64,000 bases of DNA from an uncultured Dehalococcoidia bacterium (GTDB taxonomy: Bacteria > Chloroflexota > Dehalococcoidia > Lucifugimonadales > UBA3495): contig OX638345.1 in NCBI GenBank assembly GCA_951813535.1, positions 664,036 through 728,035 of the forward strand. The letters run 5' to 3'. Below the pieces are notes generated by a model, which saw nothing but the letters and a program-made list of their open reading frames with translations, was not told where the DNA came from and did not search any database. Shown one piece after another: positions 19,264-29,702 of this stretch (within the stretch, counting starts at the first letter, position 1; the number at the start of each line of letters is the position of its first letter). A program made the position numbers and the translations under genes.

Positions 19264-19596
19264 GTGAGGGATGATGACATGGTTACGCAAGAACCACGGA
19301 ATGGGCAAGTTGCGCCGGGGGATCGGATGGTTGATCCCACCGGTCTGGAAGCGATTGTACCCTCCTACGTTACCGGGCTGGTCATCATCGGGCTTGCCGC
19401 ATCATTTCTGGCGGTGCTCGTCGGGTTGATGACTGACCGCTTCATCGTCGTGATTGCAGGTTCTTTCGCGTTATCTGGGGTGATGTTGGTATGGGCCACC
19501 GCCGCAGCGGTAGGCCTGTGGAAATCCGCAAAATCTTGGTTGGCTAGCCGCCGCGCAGTTGCGAGTGAATCAGTCGATACAAGGCCACTCCGGTAA
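19264..19596 (+). CDS. Hypothetical 2-TM membrane protein
   Basis: Two hydrophobic helices and a basic tail. Lower GC. Confidence 0.6.
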   Translation: MRDDDMVTQEPRNGQVAPGDRMVDPTGLEAIVPSYVTGLVIIGLAASFLAVLVGLMTDRFIVVIAGSFALSGVMLVWATAAAVGLWKSAKSWLASRRAVASESVDTRPLR

Positions 19597-19807
19597 TCGT
19601 CACCACTACAATGGTGGTAGAAATTATCAAGGTTGCCTTCGCATATCGCGCCACGCTCCGCAATAACGGGTCTTCTCCGGCAGTGAATGTTATGGAGATA
19701 GAAGCCGCCACCGTTATTGCCAAAATCGCCAATGCGGCCGCAAACGACACCCGGTATGTTGGCGGGAGGAAACGCAGGATGCGTTCCACCCACCGGGCGT
19801 TGAGCAA
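19544..19807 (-). CDS. Hypothetical small 2-TM protein
   Basis: Two hydrophobic segments. Convergent with, and overlapping, the previous ORF. Confidence 0.45.
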   Translation of the reverse strand: MLNARWVERILRFLPPTYRVSFAAALAILAITVAASISITFTAGEDPLLRSVARYAKATLIISTTIVVVTITGVALYRLIHSQLRGG

Positions 19808-19849
19808 GGGAAACTTCGGGTCCAGAACGCCCGCGCTATGACGCGGGTG

Positions 19850-20281
19850 CTAACCCTCTATCGACACCAGCGTCAGGTCAAAGGTCAGGTCCTTGCCGGC
19901 CAGCGGGTGGTTGGCGTCGAGGGTGACCGCCTCGTCGCTGACTGCCATGATGGTGAAGTTCACCACTTGGCCGCTCTCCTGCTGGCCCTGCACGCTGGTT
20001 CCCACTTCCAGCGGCATGTCGGGAGGAAACTCGCCGCGCGGCACCTGCATCACGCCATCGTCATGATGCTCTCCGTAGGCGTCCGCGCAAGGGATCCGGA
20101 CGGTCTTGGTGTCGCCGACTGCCATTCCGACGACGCCGTTCTCAAAACCCGGTATCACCTGGCCACCTCCGATGGTGAAGGCCATGGGTGTGCCGCCTGC
20201 CGATGAGTCGAATACTTCGCCATCGTCCAGGCGGCCCGTGTAGTGAACCCTGACTTTGTTCCCCTGTTGTGCTGTGGTCAA
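19850..20281 (-). CDS. FKBP-type peptidyl-prolyl isomerase (SlyD/FkpB-like, no His tail)
   Basis: VRVHYTGRLDDGEVFDSS, IPGFE, LDANHPLAGKDLTF. TTG start with GGAGG. Confidence 0.93.
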   Translation of the reverse strand: MTTAQQGNKVRVHYTGRLDDGEVFDSSAGGTPMAFTIGGGQVIPGFENGVVGMAVGDTKTVRIPCADAYGEHHDDGVMQVPRGEFPPDMPLEVGTSVQGQQESGQVVNFTIMAVSDEAVTLDANHPLAGKDLTFDLTLVSIEG

Positions 20282-20407
20282 AATGGCCTCCACGCCACGT
20301 CTGGATGCGCAACTATAGCACGGACGCCAATCCCGCCCGAATTGTGCTATGGTACGGCAATCACCAGAATCCAAGGCCGCCGGTGGCAGCCTATTCAGGG
20401 AGGAACC

Positions 20408-21499
20408 ATGAAGTACGGACTGTTTATGATGCCGTCGCATCCGCCGGAACGGAACATATACGATGCTCACCAGTGGGACCTTGAATACCTGGCCCTGTGC
20501 GACGAGTTGGGCTTTGACGAAGCCTGGATCGGCGAACACTTCACCTCGCCCTGGGAGCCCATCCCCGCTCCGGATCTGCTGATCGCCCAGGCGCTCATGA
20601 AGACCAAGCGCATCAAGCTCGGCTCTGGCGCGCACCTGCTGCCCTTCCACCATCCGGCTGAGCTGGCCCACCGCGTGGCCTACCTCGATCACATCTCCCA
20701 GGGCCGCTTCCTGTTCGGCGTTGGCGCCAGCGGCCTCCCCAGCGACTGGGCCCTGTTCGACGTCGACGGCAACAACGGGGAGCACCGGGACATGACCCGG
20801 GAGTCGCTGGACATCATCCTGAAGATCTGGGAGAACGACGGGCCATTCGAGTACAAGGGCAAGTACTGGAACGTCAGCATCCCCGAGCCAATGTACGGCA
20901 CCCTGGAGTTCTTCCTGCGCCCATACCAGCAACCCCATCCGCCCATCGGCGTGGCCTCGGTCAGCTACAAGTCGCCGACACTCATGATCGCCGGCGAACG
21001 TGGCTTCATTCCCATGAGCCTGGCCCTCAACGCCGACTATTGCCGCAGCCACTGGGAAGCCATCGAAGAGGGCGCCCAGCGCACCGGCCGCACTCCCTCA
21101 CGCGCCGACTGGCGCCTGGTGCGTGATGTCTACGTCGCCGACACCGATGAGGAAGCCCGCGACCTGGCCCTCAACGGCATGTTGGGCCGCGTCTGGCACG
21201 ACTACCTGCTGCCGCTGTTCCGCGAGTTCGACCTGATGAAGGTCTTCAAGCACGACGATGAAGTGCCCGACGATGCGGTCAACATCGAGTACATGGCCGA
21301 ACACCTGTGGCTCATCGGCTCGCCGGACACGGTGGCCGAGAAGATCAACCGGCTGTACGGCGACGTGGGCGGGTTCGGCGGCCTCCTGATGCTGGTCTAT
21401 GACCAGTCGGAGAACAACGCGGCATGGGAACACTCCACCCGCCTGCTGGCCAACAAGGTCATGCCCCAGGTGGCGCATCTCACGGGCGCGGCGGCATAA
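20408..21499 (+). CDS. LLM-class flavin-dependent monooxygenase
   Basis: MKYGLFMMPSHPP, DELGFDEAWIGEH, GASGLPSD, PYQQPHPPI. GGGAGG RBS. Confidence 0.93.
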   Translation: MKYGLFMMPSHPPERNIYDAHQWDLEYLALCDELGFDEAWIGEHFTSPWEPIPAPDLLIAQALMKTKRIKLGSGAHLLPFHHPAELAHRVAYLDHISQGRFLFGVGASGLPSDWALFDVDGNNGEHRDMTRESLDIILKIWENDGPFEYKGKYWNVSIPEPMYGTLEFFLRPYQQPHPPIGVASVSYKSPTLMIAGERGFIPMSLALNADYCRSHWEAIEEGAQRTGRTPSRADWRLVRDVYVADTDEEARDLALNGMLGRVWHDYLLPLFREFDLMKVFKHDDEVPDDAVNIEYMAEHLWLIGSPDTVAEKINRLYGDVGGFGGLLMLVYDQSENNAAWEHSTRLLANKVMPQVAHLTGAAA

Positions 21500-21647
21500 C
21501 CGCCTTCGGAAGCTACGCATCGTTGGTCGAGGCGTTGGAAGCTTCTGACCAGGAAAGCGCCAGGTTACGGCGTGCGTTCGCTCAATTGCCGAAAACACCT
21601 CGTCGTGGGAAACCTTCGCAGACCGGCACGGAGACGTACTTCGGGAA

Positions 21648-21860
21648 TTGGTAATGCGGATAATTGCCGATCCCTACGACCGGTATACTGAAATAGGTGG
21701 CGGTCAGGAAATGACCATCCTGGTTGGACGCGTGCCTGCGTCCCGTCGATGGATCAAAGTGATATTCGTTGGCACACCGGAAATCGGTCAGTTTCACACT
21801 GCTTACCGAGACCGAAGATTGGACCGGCAGTACGGAGGGGGCCCATGGCTCGCAAAGTAA
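21648..21860 (+). CDS. Putative RelE-like toxin (true start may be further upstream)
   Basis: Small basic ORF (RRWIKVIF...FHTAYRDRR) overlapping a DUF2283-like gene. The frame is open back to about 21549. Confidence 0.55.
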   Translation: MVMRIIADPYDRYTEIGGGQEMTILVGRVPASRRWIKVIFVGTPEIGQFHTAYRDRRLDRQYGGGPWLAK

Positions 21861-22132
21861 AGCGCTTCGAGCTGGAGGCTCTGCCACAGCCGACGGTTGT
21901 TTACGTCGCCGAAACTGAAACGCTGTATATCGAAAACGGTCGGGTGCGAGAGGACGCTGAAGAGATGGCGGATGGGGTCCTGGTCTACTACGACAAGGAC
22001 GACGAGGCATCGGCGGTGGCGCTCAACATCGAACGGGCCGAGCAGGTACTCAAGCCCTTCGTCGATGCCATACTGGCCAAATACGGCGTGAAACCTGATA
22101 TCCCGACGGTGACTAACGAGACCGAAGACTGA
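21845..22132 (+). CDS. DUF2283-like putative antitoxin
   Basis: VYVAETETLYI...EEMADGVLVYYDKD...ALNI pattern. Acidic. GGAGG RBS. Confidence 0.7.
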   Translation: MARKVKRFELEALPQPTVVYVAETETLYIENGRVREDAEEMADGVLVYYDKDDEASAVALNIERAEQVLKPFVDAILAKYGVKPDIPTVTNETED

Positions 22133-22185
22133 CGCCGGCGATAATCTGCCCCAAGGCCTGATCTTCTCCGAGGAGCATCCCCAAA

Positions 22186-22971
22186 ATGCAGGAAAACCGA
22201 GTACGACGCGCGCTGCGGGACAACCGCATTGCCCTGGGAACCTATGTGACCTTCGCCGACCCGCAGGTCATCGAAATCATCGGCCTGGCCGGATTCGACG
22301 CGGCATTCATCGACATGGAACACACCACTTTTGATCTGGGCCTGGTCAGCCAGATGATCATGGCGGCGGACCTGGTCGGCGTGACCTCCATGATCCGTAT
22401 CCCCGGCAACGATGAGAACCTCATCCTGCGGCTGTTGGATGCCGGCGCTCAGGGCATCATCATTCCCCACATCGATGGCCTTGAGGGAGCCAAGCACGCC
22501 GTGGATGCCGTGCGATATGCCCCCCTGGGACACCGGGGCGGAGCCGGCGGCACCCGGGCTGCCCGCTTCGGCACCGTCAGTTGGGACGAGCATACCCGCA
22601 CGTCCAACGAGAACATCGTCCTGTCCGTCATGACCGAGGACGAGCGCGGCATCAGCGAGATTGGCCAGATCGCCGCGCTTCCCGGCATCGACCTCGTGTC
22701 CATCGGTCCCACCGACTTCTCCGAGTACATGGGCATTCGCGACCCACAGAGCCCGGTCATCCGCGCCCGCCTGGAGGAACTGGCGGCTGAGGTCAAGGCG
22801 GCCGGCGGGGCCAAGCTGTCCATGCCGATGAACCACCCCGCATTCCCACTGTCGGCATCCGAGTTACAGGCCATGGGCGTGGGCTATACCCACGTCGCGC
22901 CCCCGCCCACGGCGGTGCTACTCCAGTCGCTGCGGCAGCGGATCACCGACATCCGCACTGAGTTGGGTTAG
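22186..22971 (+). CDS. HpcH/HpaI aldolase family protein
   Basis: GFDAAFIDMEH, LDAGAQGIIIPH, RYAPLGHRG, IGPTD. Confidence 0.92.
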   Translation: MQENRVRRALRDNRIALGTYVTFADPQVIEIIGLAGFDAAFIDMEHTTFDLGLVSQMIMAADLVGVTSMIRIPGNDENLILRLLDAGAQGIIIPHIDGLEGAKHAVDAVRYAPLGHRGGAGGTRAARFGTVSWDEHTRTSNENIVLSVMTEDERGISEIGQIAALPGIDLVSIGPTDFSEYMGIRDPQSPVIRARLEELAAEVKAAGGAKLSMPMNHPAFPLSASELQAMGVGYTHVAPPPTAVLLQSLRQRITDIRTELG

Positions 22972-23030
22972 ACCAATCGTACGTGTGGTGCCACTTCGGG
23001 AACCGGGCCCGGTGGGTTTTAGCTCGAGGG

Positions 23031-23642
23031 ATGGCGGTTTTGGCTCTGGCCTTCGTTGCGTTGGGCTGCGCGGCAGATCCAGCGCCCACCGCAACCCCTG
23101 CCACTCTCAGCGTCCCGGCATCTCCCACCGCAACGGCTACGGCGGGGCCAACACCGACGCCGTTCCCGACACCCACGCCGGCGCCGACGTCCACTATCGT
23201 TCCCACCGACACTCCGGTACCCACGGCGACGCCGTTCCCCGACGCGCCGCTGGTATTCATCGGGGACAGGATTTACGCGGTGGACCTGGCGGTAACCGGC
23301 GAGGAACTGACGCTGGGACTGTCCGGCCGGCCGTCGATGGCTATCGACCGCGCCATGCTGTTCGTCTACGAAGAGGACAATCCGCGCACCTTCTGGATGC
23401 CTGATATGCACTTCCCGCTGGACATGGTTTGGATCCGGTCCGACTGCACGGTGGACGGCGTGACCTCCGACGTGCCGAATCCGCCCCTGGACACACCGCG
23501 GGACCAGTTGCCGCGCTACCCGTCCACCGGCCCCGTGCGCTTCATCCTGGAGATCAACGCCGGTCAGGCTGAGGAACATGGAATCGGCCCGGGCTCACGG
23601 GTGCGGTTCGCCGGCCAAATCGAAGGCCGCTGGGGCTGCTGA
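23031..23642 (+). CDS. DUF192 domain lipoprotein with Pro/Thr-rich linker
   Basis: Lipobox ALGC, PT repeats, GLSGR..MLFVY..FWMPDMHFPLDMVW..LEINAG. Confidence 0.88.
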   Translation: MAVLALAFVALGCAADPAPTATPATLSVPASPTATATAGPTPTPFPTPTPAPTSTIVPTDTPVPTATPFPDAPLVFIGDRIYAVDLAVTGEELTLGLSGRPSMAIDRAMLFVYEEDNPRTFWMPDMHFPLDMVWIRSDCTVDGVTSDVPNPPLDTPRDQLPRYPSTGPVRFILEINAGQAEEHGIGPGSRVRFAGQIEGRWGC

Positions 23643-23680
23643 CCACTCGCTCTAAATCTGGATCAAAGGAACTCGACACA

Positions 23681-24661
23681 ATGCAGATACTCGTCTCCGG
23701 CTCTCTCGCCATAGACCGCATTATGACCTTCAACGGCCGCTTCGGCGACCACATCGTCCCCGAGCGCATCCACCAGATCAACCTCAGTTTCACGGTGGAC
23801 GGCTTCAACGCCTACTTCGGCGGCACCGCCGGCAATATTGCCTACTCCTTGGCCATGCTTGGCCAGGAACCCCGCATCGTGGCCGCCATCGGCTCCGACT
23901 ACCGCGACTATTTCACCTGGATGGCCGACAACGGCATACCAACGGATGATATCCGCATCGTGAACGAGGAGGCCACTGCGTCGGCCTTCATCGTCACCGA
24001 CCTTGCGGATAACCAGATCACCGGGTTTAATCCCGGCGCCATGAAACACGCTACCGGCTTTGACTTCGGCAAAGTGGACGCCACCGGGGTTATCAACATA
24101 GTCGGCCCGGGCAACCTTACCGATATGACCGATTTTACCGCCGATGCTTACCGCGCCGGCATCTACACCATATTCGATCCTGGTCAATCCCTTCCAGCGT
24201 GGGATGCCGACGGGCTGACCGCCGGCATCGACAACTCGCATATGCTGATCGCCAACGACTACGAAATGGCCCTCATTTCGGAGAAAACCGGTAGGGATGA
24301 CGCCGGGTTGATGGAACTGACCGGTGTCCTCGTCACCACGTTGGGCGAGCAGGGAGTTCGCGTCACCATCCCGGAGGGGCAGGTGATCGTACCGCCAGTG
24401 CCCACCGACAACGTGGTTGACCCCACCGGCGCCGGCGACGCCTTCCGCGGGGGGTTGATCCTGGGCTTGGTTCACCCGGTGACGGCCGCTCACGCCAACG
24501 AAGGCGGGTCCTTCGGCTCCATCACGCTTCGCCAGTTGGAACGCGCCGCCCAAATCGGCTCCGCCTGCGCCCATTTTGCCATCCAGCGGCCCGGTACGCA
24601 GGAATACCGCTACACCCGCGAAGAACTGGATGCTGTATTGGAGCGTGCCTACGGGAACTAG
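23681..24661 (+). CDS. PfkB-family carbohydrate/nucleoside kinase (adenosine kinase-like)
   Basis: SGSLAID, FGGTAGNIAY, DPTGAGDAFRGG. Confidence 0.92.
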   Translation: MQILVSGSLAIDRIMTFNGRFGDHIVPERIHQINLSFTVDGFNAYFGGTAGNIAYSLAMLGQEPRIVAAIGSDYRDYFTWMADNGIPTDDIRIVNEEATASAFIVTDLADNQITGFNPGAMKHATGFDFGKVDATGVINIVGPGNLTDMTDFTADAYRAGIYTIFDPGQSLPAWDADGLTAGIDNSHMLIANDYEMALISEKTGRDDAGLMELTGVLVTTLGEQGVRVTIPEGQVIVPPVPTDNVVDPTGAGDAFRGGLILGLVHPVTAAHANEGGSFGSITLRQLERAAQIGSACAHFAIQRPGTQEYRYTREELDAVLERAYGN

Positions 24662-24703
24662 GCGGGTACGCCGTATCGCGCTTCGTAAGACGCGGGCGTC
24701 ACG

Positions 24704-25471
24704 CTAGACGATGTAACGCCCGCCCACCACGTTCATCCGGTCGCCGGTGATGTAGGACGACTCGTCGCTGGCGTAGAACAGGCAGGCGTTGGCGATGTCC
24801 CGCACCGTGCCCTGGCGACCCAGCGGTATCTCCTTCAGGTGTTCGTTCGAGCCGCGGGCCACGTCCTGGAACTCCGGATACCACTCCGGGTGGGCTCGCG
24901 CGGTGTCGGTGGAACCCGGGTTCACGAGGTTGGCGCGCACGCCGTACTGGGCGCACTCCGCGGCAACCGCGCGGATCAACCCCAGCAGTCCGGTCTTCGC
25001 CGTGGTCACGATCGCGGTGTCGGGGCGGCCGGTGATGGCCGACTGTCCACCCAGCCCGATGATGCTCCCGGATCGCTGCTCAATCATTCCCGGCAGGACG
25101 GCGTGCATCAAGTAGAACGCGGAGTGGAGGTTGGTCGCCATTACGCTCTGCCACTCCTCCACCGTTACCTCCAGGATCGGTTTGTGCGGACGCACCGCCA
25201 CGTTGCTCACCAGCACGTCCACCGTCCCCAGGGCATCGATCCCTTCGGCGACCATATCGGCAACCCGGTCGGGGTCAGCGACGTCGCCGATCACCGTGTG
25301 AGTCTGGGCGCCCAGCTCGCGGCATTCGGCTGCCACACTCTCCAGCTCCTCGGCTGATTGCCGCGTGTTCAGGATCAGGTTGGCGCCTTCGCGGGCAAAG
25401 GTGCGCGCGATTTCGGCGCCAATGTTTCGGCTCGCGCCGGTGATCAGAGCGGTTTTGTTTTCCAAACGCAT
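24704..25471 (-). CDS. SDR-family oxidoreductase (atypical active site, VTTAK)
   Basis: TGASRNIG glycine-rich motif. Catalytic YxxxK replaced by VTTAK. Confidence 0.88.
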   Translation of the reverse strand: MRLENKTALITGASRNIGAEIARTFAREGANLILNTRQSAEELESVAAECRELGAQTHTVIGDVADPDRVADMVAEGIDALGTVDVLVSNVAVRPHKPILEVTVEEWQSVMATNLHSAFYLMHAVLPGMIEQRSGSIIGLGGQSAITGRPDTAIVTTAKTGLLGLIRAVAAECAQYGVRANLVNPGSTDTARAHPEWYPEFQDVARGSNEHLKEIPLGRQGTVRDIANACLFYASDESSYITGDRMNVVGGRYIV

Positions 25472-25493
25472 ATTTGTTGCCTTTCCAGTTCGA

Positions 25494-25721
25494 TCACTCG
25501 TCTCGACCATCTGTATCTAGCCACTTTCCAATCCGTCTAACCACCAGGCGCAGCAGGGATGCCAGAACCCCGGTAGCACCTACTATTCCCAGCATTCGGT
25601 CTATATCAAAATCCCTGCCCTGACCAATAACCAGCATTACAATCGCAGCGACAACCAAGACGGCTACAACGATGGCAAGAGTGGCGGCGACTGCAATTGC
25701 GATATTTCTCCAAAGGACCAC
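25494..25721 (-). CDS. Hypothetical small 2-TM protein
   Basis: Two hydrophobic helices. Lower GC. Confidence 0.55.
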   Translation of the reverse strand: MVLWRNIAIAVAATLAIVVAVLVVAAIVMLVIGQGRDFDIDRMLGIVGATGVLASLLRLVVRRIGKWLDTDGRDE

Positions 25722-25724
25722 GAG

Positions 25725-25934
25725 CTATCTTTGCAATCTGGCCTTCAACAGTAGTGTGAGAACCGTCCCAATTCCTGATACGCCCATGAGCAATCCCGTT
25801 ACGCCTAGTAGGGCCGCCCCCGCGTAAGTAACCAGAGAACCCTCCGGTAAAAAGTAGTGGCCCAAAACGAACAGTCCGCTACTGGTAGCGTAAGCCACCA
25901 GTGATGCGGTGAAAACTTTGTCCCACATAGCCAT
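25725..25934 (-). CDS. Hypothetical small 2-TM protein
   Basis: GGAGG RBS and two hydrophobic helices. Lower GC. Confidence 0.55.
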   Translation of the reverse strand: MAMWDKVFTASLVAYATSSGLFVLGHYFLPEGSLVTYAGAALLGVTGLLMGVSGIGTVLTLLLKARLQR

Positions 25935-25993
25935 GCCTCCAACACTTCTACCATGTCAGCATAAAGACGCAGGAAACACTTGTCAAAACAAGA

Positions 25994-26019
25994 CGGGGGC
26001 GACCGTCACGTCGCCCCCG
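25994..26019 (-). terminator. Rho-independent terminator after the ABC ATPase genes
   Basis: CGGGGGCGAC-N6-GTCGCCCCCG stem followed on the minus strand by TCTTGTTTT. Confidence 0.75.
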
Positions 26020-26045
26020 GCATAGTGGTGGCGGTTGGCACTGGG

Positions 26046-27086
26046 TCAGTAAGGCCCGTAACCCGGCACGTTGATGCAGGCGGCAATGTGGTCCGGCAGA
26101 ACGTTCCGGGCCTCCGGCTCCACCCGGCTGCAGTCTTCCGTCGATATGGGACAGCGCGGATGGAACACGCAACCGCTGGGGGGGTTCAAAGGACTGGGAA
26201 CCTCGCCCGTGAGGATGATGCGTTCCCGTTGCGCGTCCAGCACCGGGTCAGGAATGGGCACCGCCGACAGCAGGGCGCGGGTGTAGGGATGCTGCGGGTT
26301 TTCATAGATCGCGTTGCGGTCGGCGACCTCGACGATCTTGCCCAGGTACATCACCGCCACGCGGTCGCTGATGTGGCGTACCACCGAGAGGTCGTGGGCG
26401 ATGAACAGGTAGGTCAGGTTGTACCGCTCCTGGAGATCCTCCAGCAGGTTAATGATCTGCGCCTGGATGGACACGTCCAACGCCGAAACCGGCTCGTCGC
26501 AGACGATGAAGTCCGGGTCCACGGAGAGCGCTCGGGCCACCCCGATGCGCTGCCGCTGTCCGCCGCTGAACTCGTGCGGGAAGCGGTCGGCCATGTACGG
26601 ATTCAGGCCGACGTTGTTGAGGAGTTCGGCCACCCGCTCGCGGTACTCCCGCTTGTTGTTGACCAGCCCGTGCACGGCCAGGGGTTCGCCAATAATGTTG
26701 CCGGCGGTCATTCTGGGGTTCAACGAGCTGTATGGGTCCTGGAAGATGATCTGCATCTGGCGGCGCATGGCACGCATCTGGCCGGTCTTAGCCTCGGCGA
26801 TTTCCACGCCGTTGAACCAGATCTGGCCGTCGGTGGGCCGGTACAGACGCAGGATGCAGCGGCCGGTGGTGGTCTTGCCGCAGCCCGATTCGCCAACCAG
26901 CCCCAGGGTCTCGCCGCGACGCACGGTGAAATCCACGCCGTCGATGGCTTTGATGTAGGCAACCGCCCGTTGGAACAGGATGCCCGAGGTCACCGGAAAA
27001 TGCATCTTCAGGCCGCGAACGTCCAGCAGGACGTCGTGCTCCGCCGGTGTCGTAGCGGCAGTTTGGGGCATCTCAGCAGTGGTCAT
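26046..27086 (-). CDS. Peptide/nickel ABC transporter ATP-binding subunit (OppF/DppF-like)
   Basis: [26 protein letters not shown]-terminal oligo_HPY Cys motif. Confidence 0.95.
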   Translation of the reverse strand: MTTAEMPQTAATTPAEHDVLLDVRGLKMHFPVTSGILFQRAVAYIKAIDGVDFTVRRGETLGLVGESGCGKTTTGRCILRLYRPTDGQIWFNGVEIAEAKTGQMRAMRRQMQIIFQDPYSSLNPRMTAGNIIGEPLAVHGLVNNKREYRERVAELLNNVGLNPYMADRFPHEFSGGQRQRIGVARALSVDPDFIVCDEPVSALDVSIQAQIINLLEDLQERYNLTYLFIAHDLSVVRHISDRVAVMYLGKIVEVADRNAIYENPQHPYTRALLSAVPIPDPVLDAQRERIILTGEVPSPLNPPSGCVFHPRCPISTEDCSRVEPEARNVLPDHIAACINVPGYGPY

Positions 27087-27153
27087 CGTGAAACTCCCTT
27101 TTCAAACCATTCATCTCGGTTCAATAGGAAATGAGGAACGGTTTCGTGACGGG

Positions 27154-28197
<1,044 letters not shown>

Positions 28198-28418
28198 TAC
28201 AGCGCTCCTTATCCGGTGGTAACTGGCTCCCTGGCCAATCTCGCGAATGTCTGGATACGGGCTCCGACTATCTTTGTGTGTCTTGATCCAGCCTATTGTC
28301 TCATGATTTTCAGTCCAGCCAAATTACCATAGGCTGCATACTGCTGCAAGCAGAACGCGCGGCGGCGCCTCCCCGCGCCGACCGTATTCGTCCCCCGTTA
28401 CCGCCCCGAATGGCCGCG

Positions 28419-29702
28419 TCAGTACACGACCTGCTCCGCGACCAGCGCGCTGACTCGCGTTTCGTCCATTCCCAACAATTCCCGCAGCACGTAATCGTTG
28501 TGCTGGCCCAGCAAAGGAGCCGGTGCGGCCACCGAGCCGGGGGTGTTGCTGAACCGCCAGGGTACCCCGTAGACCATTTCGGCGCCGGCGTGCGGATGGT
28601 CGATCTCCACGTAGGTCTCCCTGGCGTTCAGGTGCGGGTCGGCGAACTGATCGGCGATGTTCATCACCGGCATGGCGGCAACCCCCGCGGCCTGCAACCT
28701 TGCGGTGACTTCCTGCGGGCTGAGCCCGCGGGTCCACCCTGCGATCAATGCGTCCAGTTCTCGCCGGTTGGTCCACCGGGATGATTTGTCGACGAACCTG
28801 GCGTCCGTGGCGAGGCTGAGGTCGACCGAGCCATCGCCGCCCATGACGCCGACCAGTGCCTTCCATTCCTCCTCGGTGTGTACGGCAATGGCAACCCAGG
28901 AGTCCTCGCCGGCGCAGGGATAATTGTTGTGGGGTGCGAAGTCGGGGTCGTCGTTGCCGGGCGGGACCGGGATCGCGCCGGTCATCTGGTACTCCAGCAT
29001 GGGCACTCCCAGCAGTGCGGCCGTGCCCTCGAGGTGGGCGGCTTCCACATACTGCCCCTGGCCGGTGCGGTTGCGATGCCGCAGGGCCGCGACCACGCCC
29101 AGCGCGGCGCACAGCGCCGCCACCGTGTCGCTCCACGCCGCTTGCAGTTCGCCCACCAGCGGTTCGCCTTGGTCCGGGGCATAACCAACCAGGCTCATCA
29201 TGCCCGACATCGCCTGAATGATGGGCGCGTATGCCACCATGTCCCGCAGCGGGCCCGTATCCCCGAACGCTGGCATGGATGCCACGATGATGTCCGGCTT
29301 GACGGTCCGCAGGCTGGCGCCGTCCATGCCGAGCCGTTCCAAAACGCCGGGCGAGAAGTTCGCCAGCACCACGTCACTTACTGAAGCCAGCCGTTGTAGG
29401 ATTTTGCGGCCGGCTTCGGTGCGCAGGTTCAGCGTCACGCTCAGCTTGTTCCGGTTGAGCCCGTGAAACACCGGCTGTAGCTCGGGCCACAGGCCGCGAT
29501 CGCCTCCGGCCAGATCTTCTCCGACCATGGGACGGCCCAGGCGCATGCCGTCCATGCGGGCCCGGCTCTCCACCTTGATGACCTCCGCGCCCATGTCGGC
29601 CAGCAGGTGACCCGCCATCGGCCCGGCCCAGGCGGAGCCCAGGTCCACGACGCGCACGTTATGCAGCGGAGGGCGGGGCATCGAACGTTCGGGCGCCATC
29701 AC
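28419..29702 (-). CDS. Family III CoA-transferase (CaiB/BaiF)
   Basis: VRVVDLGSAWAGP, GAEVIKVE, NRNKLSVTLNL, APLLGQHN. Confidence 0.93.
   Translation of the reverse strand: MMAPERSMPRPPLHNVRVVDLGSAWAGPMAGHLLADMGAEVIKVESRARMDGMRLGRPMVGEDLAGGDRGLWPELQPVFHGLNRNKLSVTLNLRTEAGRKILQRLASVSDVVLANFSPGVLERLGMDGASLRTVKPDIIVASMPAFGDTGPLRDMVAYAPIIQAMSGMMSLVGYAPDQGEPLVGELQAAWSDTVAALCAALGVVAALRHRNRTGQGQYVEAAHLEGTAALLGVPMLEYQMTGAIPVPPGNDDPDFAPHNNYPCAGEDSWVAIAVHTEEEWKALVGVMGGDGSVDLSLATDARFVDKSSRWTNRRELDALIAGWTRGLSPQEVTARLQAAGVAAMPVMNIADQFADPHLNARETYVEIDHPHAGAEMVYGVPWRFSNTPGSVAAPAPLLGQHNDYVLRELLGMDETRVSALVAEQVVY

Noticed and set aside
19850-21052. 400-aa ORF suggesting a large FKBP fusion
   Set aside because: The N-terminal part is antisense to the LLM gene. 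The real gene starts at TTG 20281 with a GGAGG RBS.
23085-23245. Low-complexity repeats (also 31360-31450 and 63300-63780) as DNA repeat elements
   Set aside because: They encode Pro/Thr/Ala linkers and pentapeptide repeats, so they are protein-level repeats.
25980-27134. Long antisense ORFs (e.g. 2676-3716+, 25980-27134+, 38274-39407+, 51925-53286+, 58218-59411+, 61190-62368+)
   Set aside because: Shadow frames of well-supported genes on the opposite strand, expected in high-GC DNA, with no recognisable motifs.
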